A stretch of 64,000 nt of DNA from Phoronis australis (Eukaryota > Animalia > Phoronida), in NCBI GenBank assembly GCA_002633005.1, contig NMRA01000199.1, positions 530,637 through 594,636 of the forward strand. Direction: 5' to 3'. A program made the translations under genes and the position numbers. Shown here piece by piece: positions 15,001 through 28,199 of this stretch (positions within the stretch are counted from its first letter, which is position 1; each line of letters begins with the position of its first letter). The notes under the pieces are model-generated. The model was not told the DNA's origin and ran no database searches. It was given only the letters and a program-made list of their open reading frames with translations.

Positions 15001-18000
15001 CTTTGATGTATAAGTACAGGTTTATAGCAGCTTTTTGTTTTTTTGATGTATAAATACAGGTTTATAGCAGCTTTTTGTTTCTTTGATGTATAAATACTGG
15101 TTTATAGCAGCTTTAAGAACAAACAGTTTGCCAAGCAGACTATCACTCACCTTCATCAAGCACACTTCCTCCACATTACAGTCAACGTCCATCTCCAGCA
15201 GACCCTCCAGTTTGTTGATGGAGACACTGGATGGCAACCCAGTCATATAGATGGCCTTCTGTCTGGCTGTGTCCAGCTGAAAGTGAGACCAGCACTACTG
15301 AAGGGGTCAGAGTTGATTCATAGTATAAGAAGGAAAGCACGGGATGCCATCATAAATACTCATTGAGGTCAATCTGTTCGAATGTAATACAATACATTTA
15401 AAGACATAAGACGCTGTCAAAACGTATGACAATACATTAAAAGACAGTCAGAAAATTCTCCATGCAATATCAAAAGACAAACTGGCAAAATGTTTTAAAG
15501 GCAGATAAAAGTTGGACCAATTACCAACTCGACTTTCACAGTGCTATGCTCTCATCTGGTCACCGCACATGAGAAAACAAAAACTTACCTTAAGCCACGA
15601 GGGGGCATCTTTTTCAGATATGATTTCGTTCCATTCTGCTGATGTTAGGCGACATGCTTCATTTACTGAAACAGGAAAAAAATTGACTGCATCAAATTTT
15701 CAAACACTAATTCACTAACTTAATCTACGCAAACCTCTTAATAACAGTTTTATAATTCTTAGGCACCACAGAAAAGCCAGGTAACATTAAGTAAAGTAAC
15801 ACTGAAGAGAAATTTCTGGAGGGATGAACACACTCAGCAGGTCATTCTAATAGAGGAAAAATACAAAAACTAACCCAGGGACATGTCAGAGTTTTCAAGT
15901 GTTATTTCTTTACAAAACACTTGATTTCTACCAAAACAATAGAGCAGGTGATATGATACAAACTGCATCAGACATACGCACGCCGCTCAGCTGGGCCCAT
16001 TGCACCTGAAACTATCTCCAAACCCAGCAATTGCTTTTGAAATGTTATCACAAACAAAGCTTACCATTCCTCCTGAGGTGGGCTCCCAGCTGCAGGGCTT
16101 CAGATAAGGACAGCCATGGCTTCCTCTCCAAACTGAAGTCTGTGATGAGGGCAGCACTGTCTAAGCGACTACCCAGGGGGCCTGTGAGTACATATGCAGT
16201 GTGGTAATACACATCAGGTTTCAATGCATCATAATAGACAGAAAAACTCCTTGAAATTGACAATGTAGACAAAAAACAGCACACAAATTGCAAACTGAAA
16301 ACATCAGTTATGAAATAGATGACTAACCAACAAAATAGCAATCAGAAGAGTGCACACGAAAATGAAATTTACCATGAGTGTGTAATTACATATCAAATCA
16401 AAGAGAATTCATTCCAATATCAAAAGCTTCAGTTAAAAAATGCCAACAGCATTTCAGGGGTGATTTCCATAGAAGCAAAAAACTTGCAAGATTAGCTACC
16501 GTGATCAGGTGCTTTGCTTGTAATGCATGGTGATATCTCACAAAGACTTGCGCGATCTTGCGTATTGGCAAGTTCTTTGCATCTACAGAAAGCACCCCAA
16601 ACTAGAAAACTGGATGTAATAAAGGCATGAGAAACGACTTATCCCACTGCAGTCTCACAGTTAGTTATCGAACAAGGGAAGGTAAAGCCTGATCTGGCCC
16701 TATCCAACAGGTCAGTACTCACCAGGTACCCCTCCCAGTCCACTCAGGTTGACCAGAAGGCCATCCGGTAGAAGTGGTAACGGCACTGGGTAGTGGTCGT
16801 CGCCACGTTGTAGCATGTTGTCCTCCAACTGGCTCACTTCATCCACGACAGTTGAATCAAAGCCTGTAGCAAAAAGCATAAAAATTCAATAACTAGAGGA
16901 AAAGGCTTGAGTCCTGCATGTACAGCACAAGCCAAAAGGCTTGAGTCCTAAATGTACAGCACAAGCCAAAAGTATTCAGACAAAATGACTCGGAATTCCC
17001 CGTCATGACGGAGGATGGGACTCAAATTCCCCGTCAGAGTAGTCTCCCCTGATGACCGTCAATGAAGAGGAATTAACAGGAAGTTGCTAAGGTGGATGAG
17101 TCATTCTGTAATTAGAGTTCGTGTCCCTAATAGTTATTACTAGCAATCTGCGCTGCAAACAGAATTAGCAGCCGCGACAGGAATACAGTATTTCGTCAGA
17201 TTAATTTTGTCTTGAACTGTTCATTCCCAGATTTATAAAAGGACAAAATGAAAGCTGATTTTAACCAAAATAAGAACCAAAGGACACCCAGTCTTTCATA
17301 ACACAACAACATACAACTTGAACGTACAATATTTCAAAATTCCAACATTAATTCCCTGAAGTTAGGGAATGTGTCCTACCATGGGTGTACATTATATATC
17401 ACGCATAGCAGTACAGAAAACTGTGTAGCCTGCAGTCATGGGTACTTGGATATCTAAATATGTGCTACAAACCTAGAGTTTTGGCCAACTTGACAAACAC
17501 CTCGTTCATATCTTCTTCATCAAGCTGTGCATCCTGATTGTTGAGTCCCAGTTTTTTCAGCGGGGGTCTTCCCAGGCACCCCACTAAGGCAATTAACCCC
17601 TCTTTGCCTGCAAAGAACATCAGGTAAAATTGCATTCAAATCATCAGTTAAAAATAACGGGTATCAGTCATGTCATTACAAAAACACAACTCTGATACAT
17701 CTGTGACAGCCGGACAGTAGGGAAAACATGATGGTTGAACTGCTGCCCAGACATGTTGGTATCGTACATCGTTGTCGGAAAATTTTGAATATTTTAAATT
17801 ATTTCAGTAAGTTGTTTACTTAATTCACAAGATCTACAGATTTAGAATTTTAAGGCAATGTTTCCATTATGAACTTGGAAGTCGATAACTAATTAAGGGT
17901 CAATGCATGAAGCAAAATTCAGTGCATCAACTACCCACCAATACAGTTGTATGGAAGAAGCAATGTCTCTATGCTACTGGTGCACTTGTCGGTGTGGAAG

Positions 18001-21000
18001 ACTTGACTAATGGCTTTAGCACCGTCACACCCTATCTGCAAAAGAGAACTACTAACGGTGAAATAGATTATTCTGATGGTTTTGAACTGTGATTTGAGTT
18101 GAAAAGATCTTGAACTTGTAATTTACAACAATTTTAGATAAAGGTACATTATACTGGTTGCTATAACATGAATCAGAAGTTCAATTAATTTTCACTTTTA
18201 TTTAAATGACACTTCAAAACAGAGACACTAAGACAAAACCTTAGTAAAACACTGACCGGACAGGTTTGTTTTTGGAGACAAAAATTGACACACCCATGAA
18301 CATTTTTGAATTCTCTCATCAATATCCATTCTCAAACTAATGTTGTGTTGGTTTGTGTGATGTCACGACAAGGGTTGGCGTATTTGACTGGTCGATTGTA
18401 AGAAGTGACCAATCAAATTCTCTGACTCTTGTCGTAAAGTCACACGCACCAATCAAACGCAACACCAGTTTTAGAATGGATGCTGACAAGAGGATCTGAA
18501 AACCTTCATAGATACATCAGTTTTCGTCTCTGCGAAAAAGAACCCACACACTCAGCGTATCTCCGAGATGGATGAAATTACTTTGTGATTCAAGTGAAAC
18601 ATTAAAAACAAACATGGCAATTAAAAAAATAATAAAACTACAGGACAAGTTTTAGTAGCTATGTGGTCTTATTACACTAAACTGAGTTTATTTATTTATT
18701 TATTATTGTGATATTTAAAATAAGGNGACTCTTGTCGTAAAGTCACACGCACCAATCAAACGCAACACCAGTTTTAGAATGGATGCTGACAAGAGGATCT
18801 GAAAACCTTCATAGATACATCAGTTTTCGTCTCTGCGAAAAAGAACCCACCCACTCAGCGTATCTCCGAGATGGATGAAATTACTTTGTGATTCAAGTGA
18901 AACATTAAAAACAAACATGGCAATTAAAAAAAAAAAAAAAACTACAGGACAAGTTTTAGTAGCTATGTGGTCTTATTACACTAAACTGAGTTGGAGATAA
19001 ATACAGTAGTGCAGCTGCCATGACGATTAAACAAACCCCTTACTCTGTTGTTGGACAAGTCAAGCCTTTCAAGAGGGTGTGCACCACCCTTTAACAAGGC
19101 GTTGGACAGCTCCACTAATCCAGCGTCTGTGAGCCTGTTACCACTCAGTTTCAGAGTGTGAGCCCGCAAGCCTTCACTCAGGGCCCTTGTTAATTCTGTC
19201 AAATCGTTGTCAGCAAGAGAACAGCCACTGAGACTGAGAGAGTCCAGTGTACATGATGAGCCTGAATAAGAAGAAATGAAGACGTCAGATTTATAGCAAC
19301 TTCCAACCAATGATTTATATATAAATCTCTACATATTAAAGCACACAAAGATGTAACAACTTTTAATTAATAACTGATACAAAGAAAAAACACAAAATTA
19401 TAATTACTGCACAACAGCCTGTCACTTATTTCTAACATTCAACGAAAACAGGCCATAATCCAAGAAAATAAAATGGAAACAACTCAAAATATCTAACATA
19501 TACAACACGTGGCTTTGCATGCAAGTATTATTTTTTCTTCTAAGGGTTGCATTTCAAGTGTGTCCACTGGGTAAATACTGGCACTTGAATTGCAGCATTT
19601 AGCACTTAGTTCAAATCCCTGCAGTTTGAGTACTAAATTACATTTACTACATCTCAAGATGTGTATCACTCATTACACAATCCAGCAATGCCACTTAATA
19701 TATTAATCTAAGCCCAACTTTTTCCAAGCATAGCAGCCAAAACAACTATTTTCTTAACAAATCGTTTGCGACAACAGCTTTGGTAAAACAAGTGCAGTCA
19801 TGTTCAAACTTGCTACTCAATACAATGGCGCAATACTTCATAGTTTGGATTGTCGACGTAATGTCACAATAGGTAATGACTGCAAATTTTAAAAGTTAAA
19901 AATAAATAAATACTGTACCAAATAGTTTCCCCAGTGCCTGTGTTCCTGACAGCTTTAGTCCATCTAAGACCAGAGTACTTAGACATGGCTTTTGCCCTGA
20001 TATATACGTCGACAACTCGGGGAGACTGCCTGTCGACATCTTAACCTTCCTTAGGTTCAAGAGGTGCAACTTTGGCCAACGTCCAGTTTTAAGCTGGTCA
20101 GCTACACAACTGGCATCGTTGGAGCTTAATGACAATCTTTCAACATTGCTGAAACCGGTAGAACGGTCTGAAAAGATGAGAGGTATATGGGTGGGTTGGC
20201 AAAATATGCCTCCATTTATACGGTAACACAGACTCATTTTTTGAGATAACTGCCTTTATCTACAAAACACATCGCCAAGAAAAAAACTTCTAGGAAATGG
20301 GTACCTGTCACATCAAAGTAGTAAGTAATATAGAAACGAAGGAAAATGATTGGAAACCGATTACGGGCAATAGACTCTGAGCACCATGGTCGTTGTCACA
20401 TTCAATGCATGTTTTTGGCCAGTTTCTTGTTACTGCTTGTCCCCAGCCCATGTTGTGACAGGCTTGAATGCTCTGACGAGTTTGGTGTGACAGACCCATA
20501 CTGAGTATCTCTTAAAGTGGCTGTAAACTCGTCTTCCTTCATAAAATTCAACTTTTTATTTAGACCACTCGCTGGTATGAAACTGGTCTGAAATTGTTCC
20601 TTAATCAAATTAGATGTGACTTTACAGCATTGAAAGAATTGACCGTTTGTTATTGCTCCAAGACCAGGCACTACAAGTTGGCTTGTTGTGGCATCTTTCC
20701 ATGCACCAAGCATGACCTCAAGAGAAACTGTCTGTTGTTTTCAAGCCCAGAAGAAAGGCAAGACCAATTTTATAGCAGGGAATGGTCTCAAACAAAAGTT
20801 TGCTCTTATGACAAAACACGGGTTTACACCGTAAGTTTGAACAGCTCTTTAACACTTCGCTGTGTAGATGAGTGACACTAAGTGTATAAGTGAACGTGTA
20901 AGTCATCTGTAAAGTGAAGTTTTATAAGCCAACTGCTATTGTGCTAAAAATTTAGGGAACATAGTCGAGTCTCTATTGGTACTGTTCCACGTAACTGACC

Positions 21001-24000
21001 ACAGAAACCTTGAACTTACCCCCGGTGGCATCAAACAGAGCATCCCAGGCCTGACTCGTCAACAAGGGGTTACTTTCCAAGTTTACATCTGTCAGCAGTG
21101 TCAGCATGCCAGCAACGCACTGTGCAAAGGCTGTCACGATGTTGTTTTGGAGACCATTGTTGGCCACACTTAATGAACGTAGGTTGCTAGGGCTGGTGCA
21201 GGATGGCAGGCAAGCTGAAATCAATCACATGACATATATCCGGTCACACAATTTGCGACTGGCACCCCAGCTGCAGCACCCCGATTTTAAGGTTGATGTG
21301 TTTTGTTATGAAAACTGTGTTTTGGTCCAATTATGACAAGCTAATACTCCAGTGTAATAACTTGACTGAAGCAGAAATAAGTTCACAGAGGAGTCTATCT
21401 GCCTCTTTACATGTCACAGAATCTTTTAGTCACAGATTATACAAACCACTGTCTGTGCACTTGAACTTACAGACATCCACTTCTCCTGGCTGAGTCACTT
21501 TCATGTTGTCACAGATAAGCTGGTCCAGCGATGGCTTATCCGCGCACACAACGAGGAAGCGCAAAAACGCAGTAAACGAATGGACCTACAACCAAACGAT
21601 GAAAAGATATACTGAATATCATTGGTTTCACCACTCGACTTATTCAGTAATTGTCTGAACACAACTGTTAACAATCTATTTAACAGCGTGACTACAGATT
21701 TTCCGTGACAAAATGTCTCAAATTCAGGTAGCAAGTGAAATTTTATTTTCACATTTTTTACATAAACAATAAGATGCACAATCTTATGCTTTAACACATT
21801 CAGTTCTGAATCATTGCTAGAATTTGACAATATTTTTCAAATGTAGGTAATCAATAACAACAATGTTATAAGAATTCGAAAAAGGAAAGGGACAATTTGG
21901 GCATTTACTTTTGTCCGGAATTAGAGGGACTTTACGGAAGTTGCATTCGTTCACTAGAATGCCCCTCGTGCACAGTCAATTACACCCAACAAGTCAAATT
22001 TCCTTGTGCCAAGAGCTGACATTTGTAGAAAACTCACTCCTATTATTACTTGGATGGGCGCGAAGAATCAGGGAATACGAGTAGCAAATACACCATTACT
22101 GCTATTTTCGAGCAGACATTTCCAGCTGTGTTGAGCGCTGCACTCGTTGAACGATAGCGAACAAGTGTTTTATAATCTCTGATGACGATTATCTAAATAG
22201 TAATCGCTTACTCAACAGACATTTCTGTGCATGATTCGTGCAATTTGAGCATTGATCTCACAAAACAAAACCTAATAAGAACCAGAAGCAGGGACTACAA
22301 CTCTAACCATATACAACAGTGTTCTATTTTCTGGTCACAAACCGGCATCAACAGTAACATGGCATTTGTAGACAAAGGACGACAGAGTGCAGTTTGAAAA
22401 TTATGACTGATCATCAACTGCACTGTGTTAAAATGATTTCTGTTACACATGTTGTATTTCTTGTCTTGCACATCATTTGACATAAACATTTGATGCTTTC
22501 AGCTTATCTTACAGGGCCTCAATTTTTGTGAGAAGTATGGTAAGTTAGTGCAATAATGCCGAACAAATGACCAACCAAACCTTAGCTCTGCCAAACAAAC
22601 GACCAACCGTACCTTATTTCCACTAACGTTCAGTGCAACGAGCGTGTTGTTTGAGCTTACAGCGTCTATCAACAAGTCGAAGGCATCTTCACACAGGCTG
22701 CAGTTCTTGAGTTCAAGGCAACTAATGGAGCACAGCGGGGCCTAGAAAAGGGTGAATAACGAAGTCGCGTTATTTCAATTTACAATTTCATAGTTGCACA
22801 GTACTGCACAGTCTTTATTGATTTTACTTAACTTTACCAATAAGGTAATTCTTCACTTACTTTTCAGAAAAAATCCAAGAATGCCATTTTTTCAAAGGCG
22901 AACAGACATGCTACAAATCATCAAAGTTTGCAAAAATGTCAATTTGTGCCAACTGCACATTTACAAATCATGAAAATAATGAGTAGAATTTTCTTAATGA
23001 CTATGCTTGTTGAGAAATTCAATAAAACTGAAAGTGAATAACACAGGAAGAATTACCATAAATACAACACAGAATTCATCTGCTGTTTAACAACTTTGTT
23101 TTAAATGGTGTTTAGTTTCATTTTCTATGATTTTGGCTCTCATGTTTCACTTCTAACAAGGATAATATCAATTAAACCTGATGACCGAACAAAAAGAAAT
23201 CAACTAACATAACTTGACTGCTCACAAAAGGAAATTCAAAAAAGTTTGTGGGGAAACTGCTACTGTCACCAAAAGCAGTTTGTGACTGCTCATTATCTTC
23301 GGGTCAGAGGCACCTTTATCGCTCCGGTTGAGCAAGATCTCCGGAGATTCTCTTGACGAAAAGTACTCTTTTGGTCCTCATTTATCAACACAAACATTTC
23401 ATAATGCGTCATTCTCCGTAAATATCTGTTAGAATGGAGTTACCAGAGTAGCCCTCAGCTTAAGTCTAACAGAAGGACATGTTCAAGGCAATAGTCTGAT
23501 ACAACGTGCCCATATTTTGAGAACTAGTTAGATGGCTGTTATTCAGAGGAGAAAACTGATTCTCAAAATTCGAGCACGTTATATAAGACCATTACCAAGT
23601 TCATAGCACTTACACGGATGTAACTGGACAATTCTTGACCCACGACCTCACTGGTTAGAGAGTTGTTGCTCGTGTCAAGGTGACGCAGGGTATGGTTGTC
23701 GTGGACGTGTCGAAGAAATGCAGTCAAATCTGTACCTCCACAGCTATTGAATCTATCACAATTGGAAAAACATATTACCATGAAACCTGTACAAAAAGCA
23801 AATGGTACAAATTGGCTCACATTTCACTATAATAACTACAAACAGCTAAAATGACTAATTTAGGGTATGTTTCATGAAAAAGTGACTTCAGACTACAAAG
23901 AGAGGGATGGAGGGAGGGAGGGACGGTGGGAGAGAGCGAGGGAGGGAGAGAGGAAGGGANNNNNNNNNNNNNNNNNNNNNNNNNNNNNNNNNNNNNNNNN

Positions 24001-27000
24001 NNNNNNNNNNNNNNNNNNNNNNNNNNNNNNNNNNNNNNNNNNNNNNNNNNNNNNNNNNNNNNNNNNNNNNNNNNNNNNNNNNNNNNNNNNNNNNNNNNNN
24101 NNNNNNNNNNNNNNNNNNNNNNNNNNNNNNNNNNNNNNNNNNNNNNNNNGAGAGGGAGAGAGAGGGAGAGGGAGAGAGAGGGAGAGGGAGATTTGGTCTT
24201 ACGCTCCCAATTCACAACTAGTGCATCATAGTTTAGAAATAATTCATAAAAATTGTTTCAGTGACAGTTATGTGTATATTCTCGGAAACTGTGACTTTGC
24301 TCAAGTGTGATTTAATTATTTTTTCTGAAATAGTTATGTTGAGTGTAAGACCAAATTTCTGTCTTTAAGTCTAATGTCACTTTTCATGAAACATACCCCT
24401 GGGGTTCAAATCAGGTCTCTCTGTATTCGTGCAAGGGGAATCTGCAAAAGCTGTTAGGTGAACAATGAAGCCATGTCTAATAAAATGGGAGGCCTGCTTT
24501 GAATCCCAAACTGTAGAGTTTTGCATGGTCATTTATTAGAATAGTTTAGTTGAAATAATAACTTAATATATTCTTGTTTCCAAGTTAACAAAAAGGGATT
24601 GCTAACTGTAATCCGATTCGTTAACAATGGTAAATAAAGAGCAGCATACGTAGAAAACAAATTGCAATATAAAAGTAACATCACACCCACTCCAGCAGGT
24701 TTCATGTTTAAAACAGGAAGGTAACATATTCTTTGTCTACTCACTTCAAAGTTTTCAACGAGATATTAGTGGCAAGCGCCTGACCAACAGAGCGGGAGAA
24801 GTAATCTTTGCCTAAGTAATTGTCCGACACATCCAGATACTCAAGTGTGCAGTTCGTACTGAGCATTTTGCCAAGGCAAGCCTGAAATATAGCACATGTT
24901 ATCATTCAAGAACAAAATCAAGTTATGTGATCTCTTAAAAGGCCAGTAAACCCACGCCAACAGTCCAACAAATTTTGACTTCGGTCACTCACTAATTGTA
25001 AAATCGGCCTCATCTTGTTTCTTGCCAGATTAGAAATGACCTCTAATCTTGAAAAGGCAATTAACAATTATTTGAGACTAGAGCTGTTGAGTTACTCATC
25101 ATGGCGAGCTCATTTCAGTCACTGACGTAGTACAGCCATCAGGGGAATTTCAGATGATTTATTGTACAGTAACCAACTGTAATTCTGGCAAAGTATAAGA
25201 ATGACAAGATTTTGCTTCAGGAGAGCAAACACACTTGTGCAGAAAGCTGACGTTTTCAATCCAAAGGCTATGTTTCATGAAAGTGGCTTAAGACTTAACA
25301 CAGAAATTTGGTTTTATGCTCTACACAGCTATTTCAGAAAAACAATTCAATCCAGCAATAGAATCACACTTGTACAAAACGTCCAAAGTTGCTGAGAATA
25401 TACACATAAAGTGCTACTTACTGAGAAAATTTCTTTAAAATATTCCTAGACAGATGCACTCCTAAATACATGCCTAAACCTTTATTCAGCAACTGTGAAG
25501 TAGAAGCAAATTTCTAAAAAATTAAAAATTAAGTCACCTTTCAAGAAACTGACCCCTGCACATGATTTTTAGAAGCCTTAACTCAGTCCTAAATAATACA
25601 CCTGTCAAGGAATTACAAAAATGTACACAAATGAAAATATTAAAATTGCCACAAGGGGGCACAGTGGTAGTCAGATCCATCCGAAAGATGTTTTCATTCA
25701 TTGTCACCTCCACAGGAATACACTTGCCAACTTTCATAAAGATCGTCCATAGGGTTTTAGAGATCTATACAGTGGCGGATGCTGAACATCGGATGCCAAT
25801 ACAGTTATGCCGGCAATATAAAGTCACATTATGTTGACGTGGGTGTGTAAAACAATGCAAACTGTATATTAAGAAAAAAATTACAATATTCATAACGAAT
25901 CACCGCAAAATCTGGCCAGTTAGTTGAAATATGAGCAAGACCCACACAGAAAATGAAAACTTCCATCAACGCAGCATAGTTTTCCAAGATTTACATTGAA
26001 TAGATACAGTGTGATGTAAAATCTCACCAATTTTGGACAAAAGTATTGCTAGAATTGATTTTCGTTCCTTCATTTGTCTAAGACTACAAATTAAAAAATT
26101 TAAAACTGATGTTACGACCGTCTTAAGCAAGATGTACACACTTGACATGAAACAGGCCCCTGGAATGGAGGTCATTTCATACTTACCGCACAATCAACGT
26201 CAGTCGAATTACCGGCCAAGTTAAGCTTCAAAATTTGTGTGTTGTTGGCCAAGGAGAGAACAACAACTCTAAAAGCCTGTGGCCCCATCTTACACTCCGC
26301 TAAGTCAAGGTCCTGTCCAAAATAAATCACCACGAATCAAATTAGTCTAGTGCACTTCTAAACGTGACCAACAATACACAGTACTAGGACACTGCCACGG
26401 TTGCTATCAGTAAGATCTCAAAAATGGGAAAAATGAGTGGTGACGGACAAAGCGCTGTAAAATCGTACAAGGAACCCTGTGGACACCACCACATGCGAGG
26501 TGCTTTTTTGCTTGAAATCGCCCATAAAAACAGGCAGTAGAGAACTCTGCTTTTCCAATTTTCACAAGTGTTGGCAACCAAGTTGTAGCAACATATGAAA
26601 AGAGGACGTAATATGTGGAGAACACTGACTTCAACAATTTACACAAAAGTTCAATACGTTCTTTTTTAAAACCCAAAGCATTAATCATCTATTTTCTTTT
26701 ACTCTTTTGGCTTGAAACCAGACCTGTCAAAACATTACCAAGCAAGTTCTATGCAACAAATACTTTGACTGCATATGTCAGAAAGTTCAAAAACTGAAAC
26801 AAATATAGTTCACCTCGATATCACGTTTAAAGTTTTGTGATATCTGTACCACTTACCGTCAAATTGTCCAATTTCCCCAACACAGGCTTCAGGGCTACAC
26901 TGGGAGGAAGCGTGCGCGACAGCCTCATGCTATGGACAAGATGTGAAACTCGTTCTAACACGCTATCTTCTTGTACTAGTTGGCAAACGGCTCTCATGGC

Positions 27001-28056
27001 GGCATTGAATTTTACCTGCGCACTTTCCTGCATCGCCACCGAATCATCCATGTTTGCATTATTAACATTACTATTAACCCCATCATTTTTTGTACCAGCA
27101 TGTGATTCTTTACATAACTGTCCATCATTACTCTTTACATTCTCATCGTTATCTATGCTGTCATCAGAACGACTCATTTTCATTATTGTCAACGAGGTAA
27201 CGCTTTGTGTGCTGATGTTGATCTCCCCTCTCTCAACATGTAGATTTTCGCAGGTCAAAACAGATTCGGAGGATTCTGACTCAACAACTTTTTCAACAGG
27301 ACTAGACACTTGGACAGTGCCGAGAGAAGGCTGGTTGCTCTCTGTCTCACTATGACCACATGTCGTCTCCATGGGCTCCTGTAAATACAGCCTATAAATT
27401 GTTGTTACAGACGGATCACCAACATCCCCGTAGTTATTTTCCGAGATTGTTGCATGAGCATCTATTAATTCTTCTGGTGAATTAACGCCATCATTACTCG
27501 GCATTTCAAAGACTTTGCTTGTAATCCTCACCTTGTGGACAGACGGGTCGCTAGCAGTAACCAAATTGTCATCTAGTTGCTCTCCACAGCATATGTCACC
27601 GGTCAATGGTTCACCACAACCATCAGTTGTATTGTAGCAGGCAGAATTATTTCTGCTATGCTGATGTGACGCGAGCGTCGGCTGGTCCGGAATCACGATA
27701 CTCTGCATAGAGATCTTTACACGGTGTATTCCAGCTCTGTTGGGATCACCTGCAGCAGGAAGCTTGCTGTTCTCCTCATTAAGGTTATTGCAACCATCAT
27801 GAAGCTTATCTTTAAACAGCTCGCAACTGTCTTTGGTCTGAGCCACCGCAGTGTCAATATTCAAAGAGGCTGTGTCTGTGACTGTGCTAATGCCACTCAA
27901 ATTCTCTTGTGCTTGGTCAACCTGCAACAGATGCCCATTGTCCACATGTGACGCCGGGTCCTCCCCACGGGGCTTGGCTGTGCTGGAGCCATTTGTGTTA
28001 GGCTCCCTTATGATGACTGACTGCGTCTCGTTCAGTTTGCCAGCACCACAACCCAT
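12091..28056 (-). CDS. Gene A: putative N-myristoylated protein with an RNI-like leucine-rich repeat solenoid and a C-terminal RRM-like domain (about 1176 aa, 18 coding exons)
   Basis: Exons, all GT-AG with consistent phases and 3531 nt in total: 28056-26857, 26312-26187, 24881-24745, 23752-23614, 22741-22613, 21585-21471, 21214-21020, 20167-19919, 19261-19044, 18035-17939, 17607-17473, 16863-16723, 16181-16065, 15665-15589, 15276-15151, 13976-13881, 13094-13006, 12235-12091 (TGA). LRR examples: TLEYLDVSDNYLG, TLRHLDTSNNSL, TLKLSGNRLTDAG, PLERLDLSNNRIG. RRM-like motifs: KAIYMTGLP (RNP2) and NNGIAWVLM (RNP1). The protein ends HPAYADGRIW*. Exons 1-17 have counterparts in gene B. Confidence 0.85.
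13112..13551. repeat. Near-perfect tandem duplication, 2 x 220 bp, in gene A intron 16
   Basis: GTAAAGGACATGAGAAGGCTGG... starts at 13112 and again at 13332; the copies differ at only a few positions. Confidence 0.95.
14134..14380 (+). mobile_element. tRNA-derived SINE (Pol III head)
   Basis: A-box-like TGGCACAGTGG (14144-14154) and B-box GGTTCGAGTCC (14188-14198) at tRNA spacing, with no complete cloverleaf. An AT-rich tail lies near 14365-14380; the 3' boundary is approximate. Confidence 0.6.
14954..15114. repeat. Minisatellite, about 4 x 40 bp
   Basis: Unit TTTGTTTCTTTGATGTATAAATACAGGTTTATAGCAGCTT repeated four times. Confidence 0.95.
18268..18540. mobile_element. Imperfect fold-back (MITE-like) element
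   Basis: The left arm (GAGACAAAAATTGA...CCATTCTCAAACT...TGTTGTGTTGGTTTG...ACGACAAG) is the approximate reverse complement of the right arm (CTTGTCGT...CAATCAAACGCAACA...TAGAATGG...TCAGTTTTCGTCTC). Confidence 0.6.
18424..18992. repeat. Direct duplication of about 265 bp (18424-18688 and 18727-18992) straddling a single-N contig join
   Basis: Near-identical copies; the second begins immediately after the N at 18726. Probably an unmerged contig or haplotype overlap. Confidence 0.85.
23861..24400. mobile_element. MITE-like element with TIRs of about 30 bp enclosing a GA/GGA-rich microsatellite and a 190-N gap
   Basis: GGGTATGTTTCATGAAAAAGTGACTTCAGACT at about 23863 is inverted relative to AGTCTAATGTCACTTTTCATGAAACATACCCC at about 24368-24399. 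A related end sequence occurs at about 25266. Confidence 0.65.
26857..28056 (-). CDS. Gene A large first coding exon (400 codons): MGCGAGK N-terminus, acidic/polar low-complexity region and pre-LRR cap
   Basis: Lies within ORF 26827..28056. Acceptor TTACAG is 7 nt upstream of the ATG (exon starts 28063). Donor ACG|GTAAGT is at 26857. The last 55 or so aa (KFNAAMRAVCQLV...LSRTLPPS) align with gene B exon 2. Confidence 0.85.
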
Positions 28057-28199
28057 TATGTATCTGTAATCAAAAGTGTGTATAAAATGGAAGCTCAGTT
28101 CCTCCTACGGGGTTATGCTTTTTGGTATCATTCAGGCTACTTCTCCCCGCCAGAGGATGACGTCAAGCTACTTGCCGTGTGCAGTGTTAAAAGTGGCCA

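Noticed and set aside
14954-15114. Regular short repeats that might suggest a CRISPR array (also 53632-53714 and 50720-51210)
   Set aside because: Head-to-tail units without unique spacers, in eukaryotic introns, with no cas genes.
18424-18992. Apparent 265-bp tandem duplication in gene A intron 9
   Set aside because: The second copy starts exactly at a single-N join, so it is most likely an assembly overlap rather than biology.
17608-19043. Suspected 4-nt micro-exon needed to restore phase in both genes
   Set aside because: Ordinary LRR exons were found instead (18035-17939 in A, 54266-54365 in B).
23817-24310. Four ORFs of 100-147 aa
   Set aside because: They are made of the N gap and the GA microsatellite.
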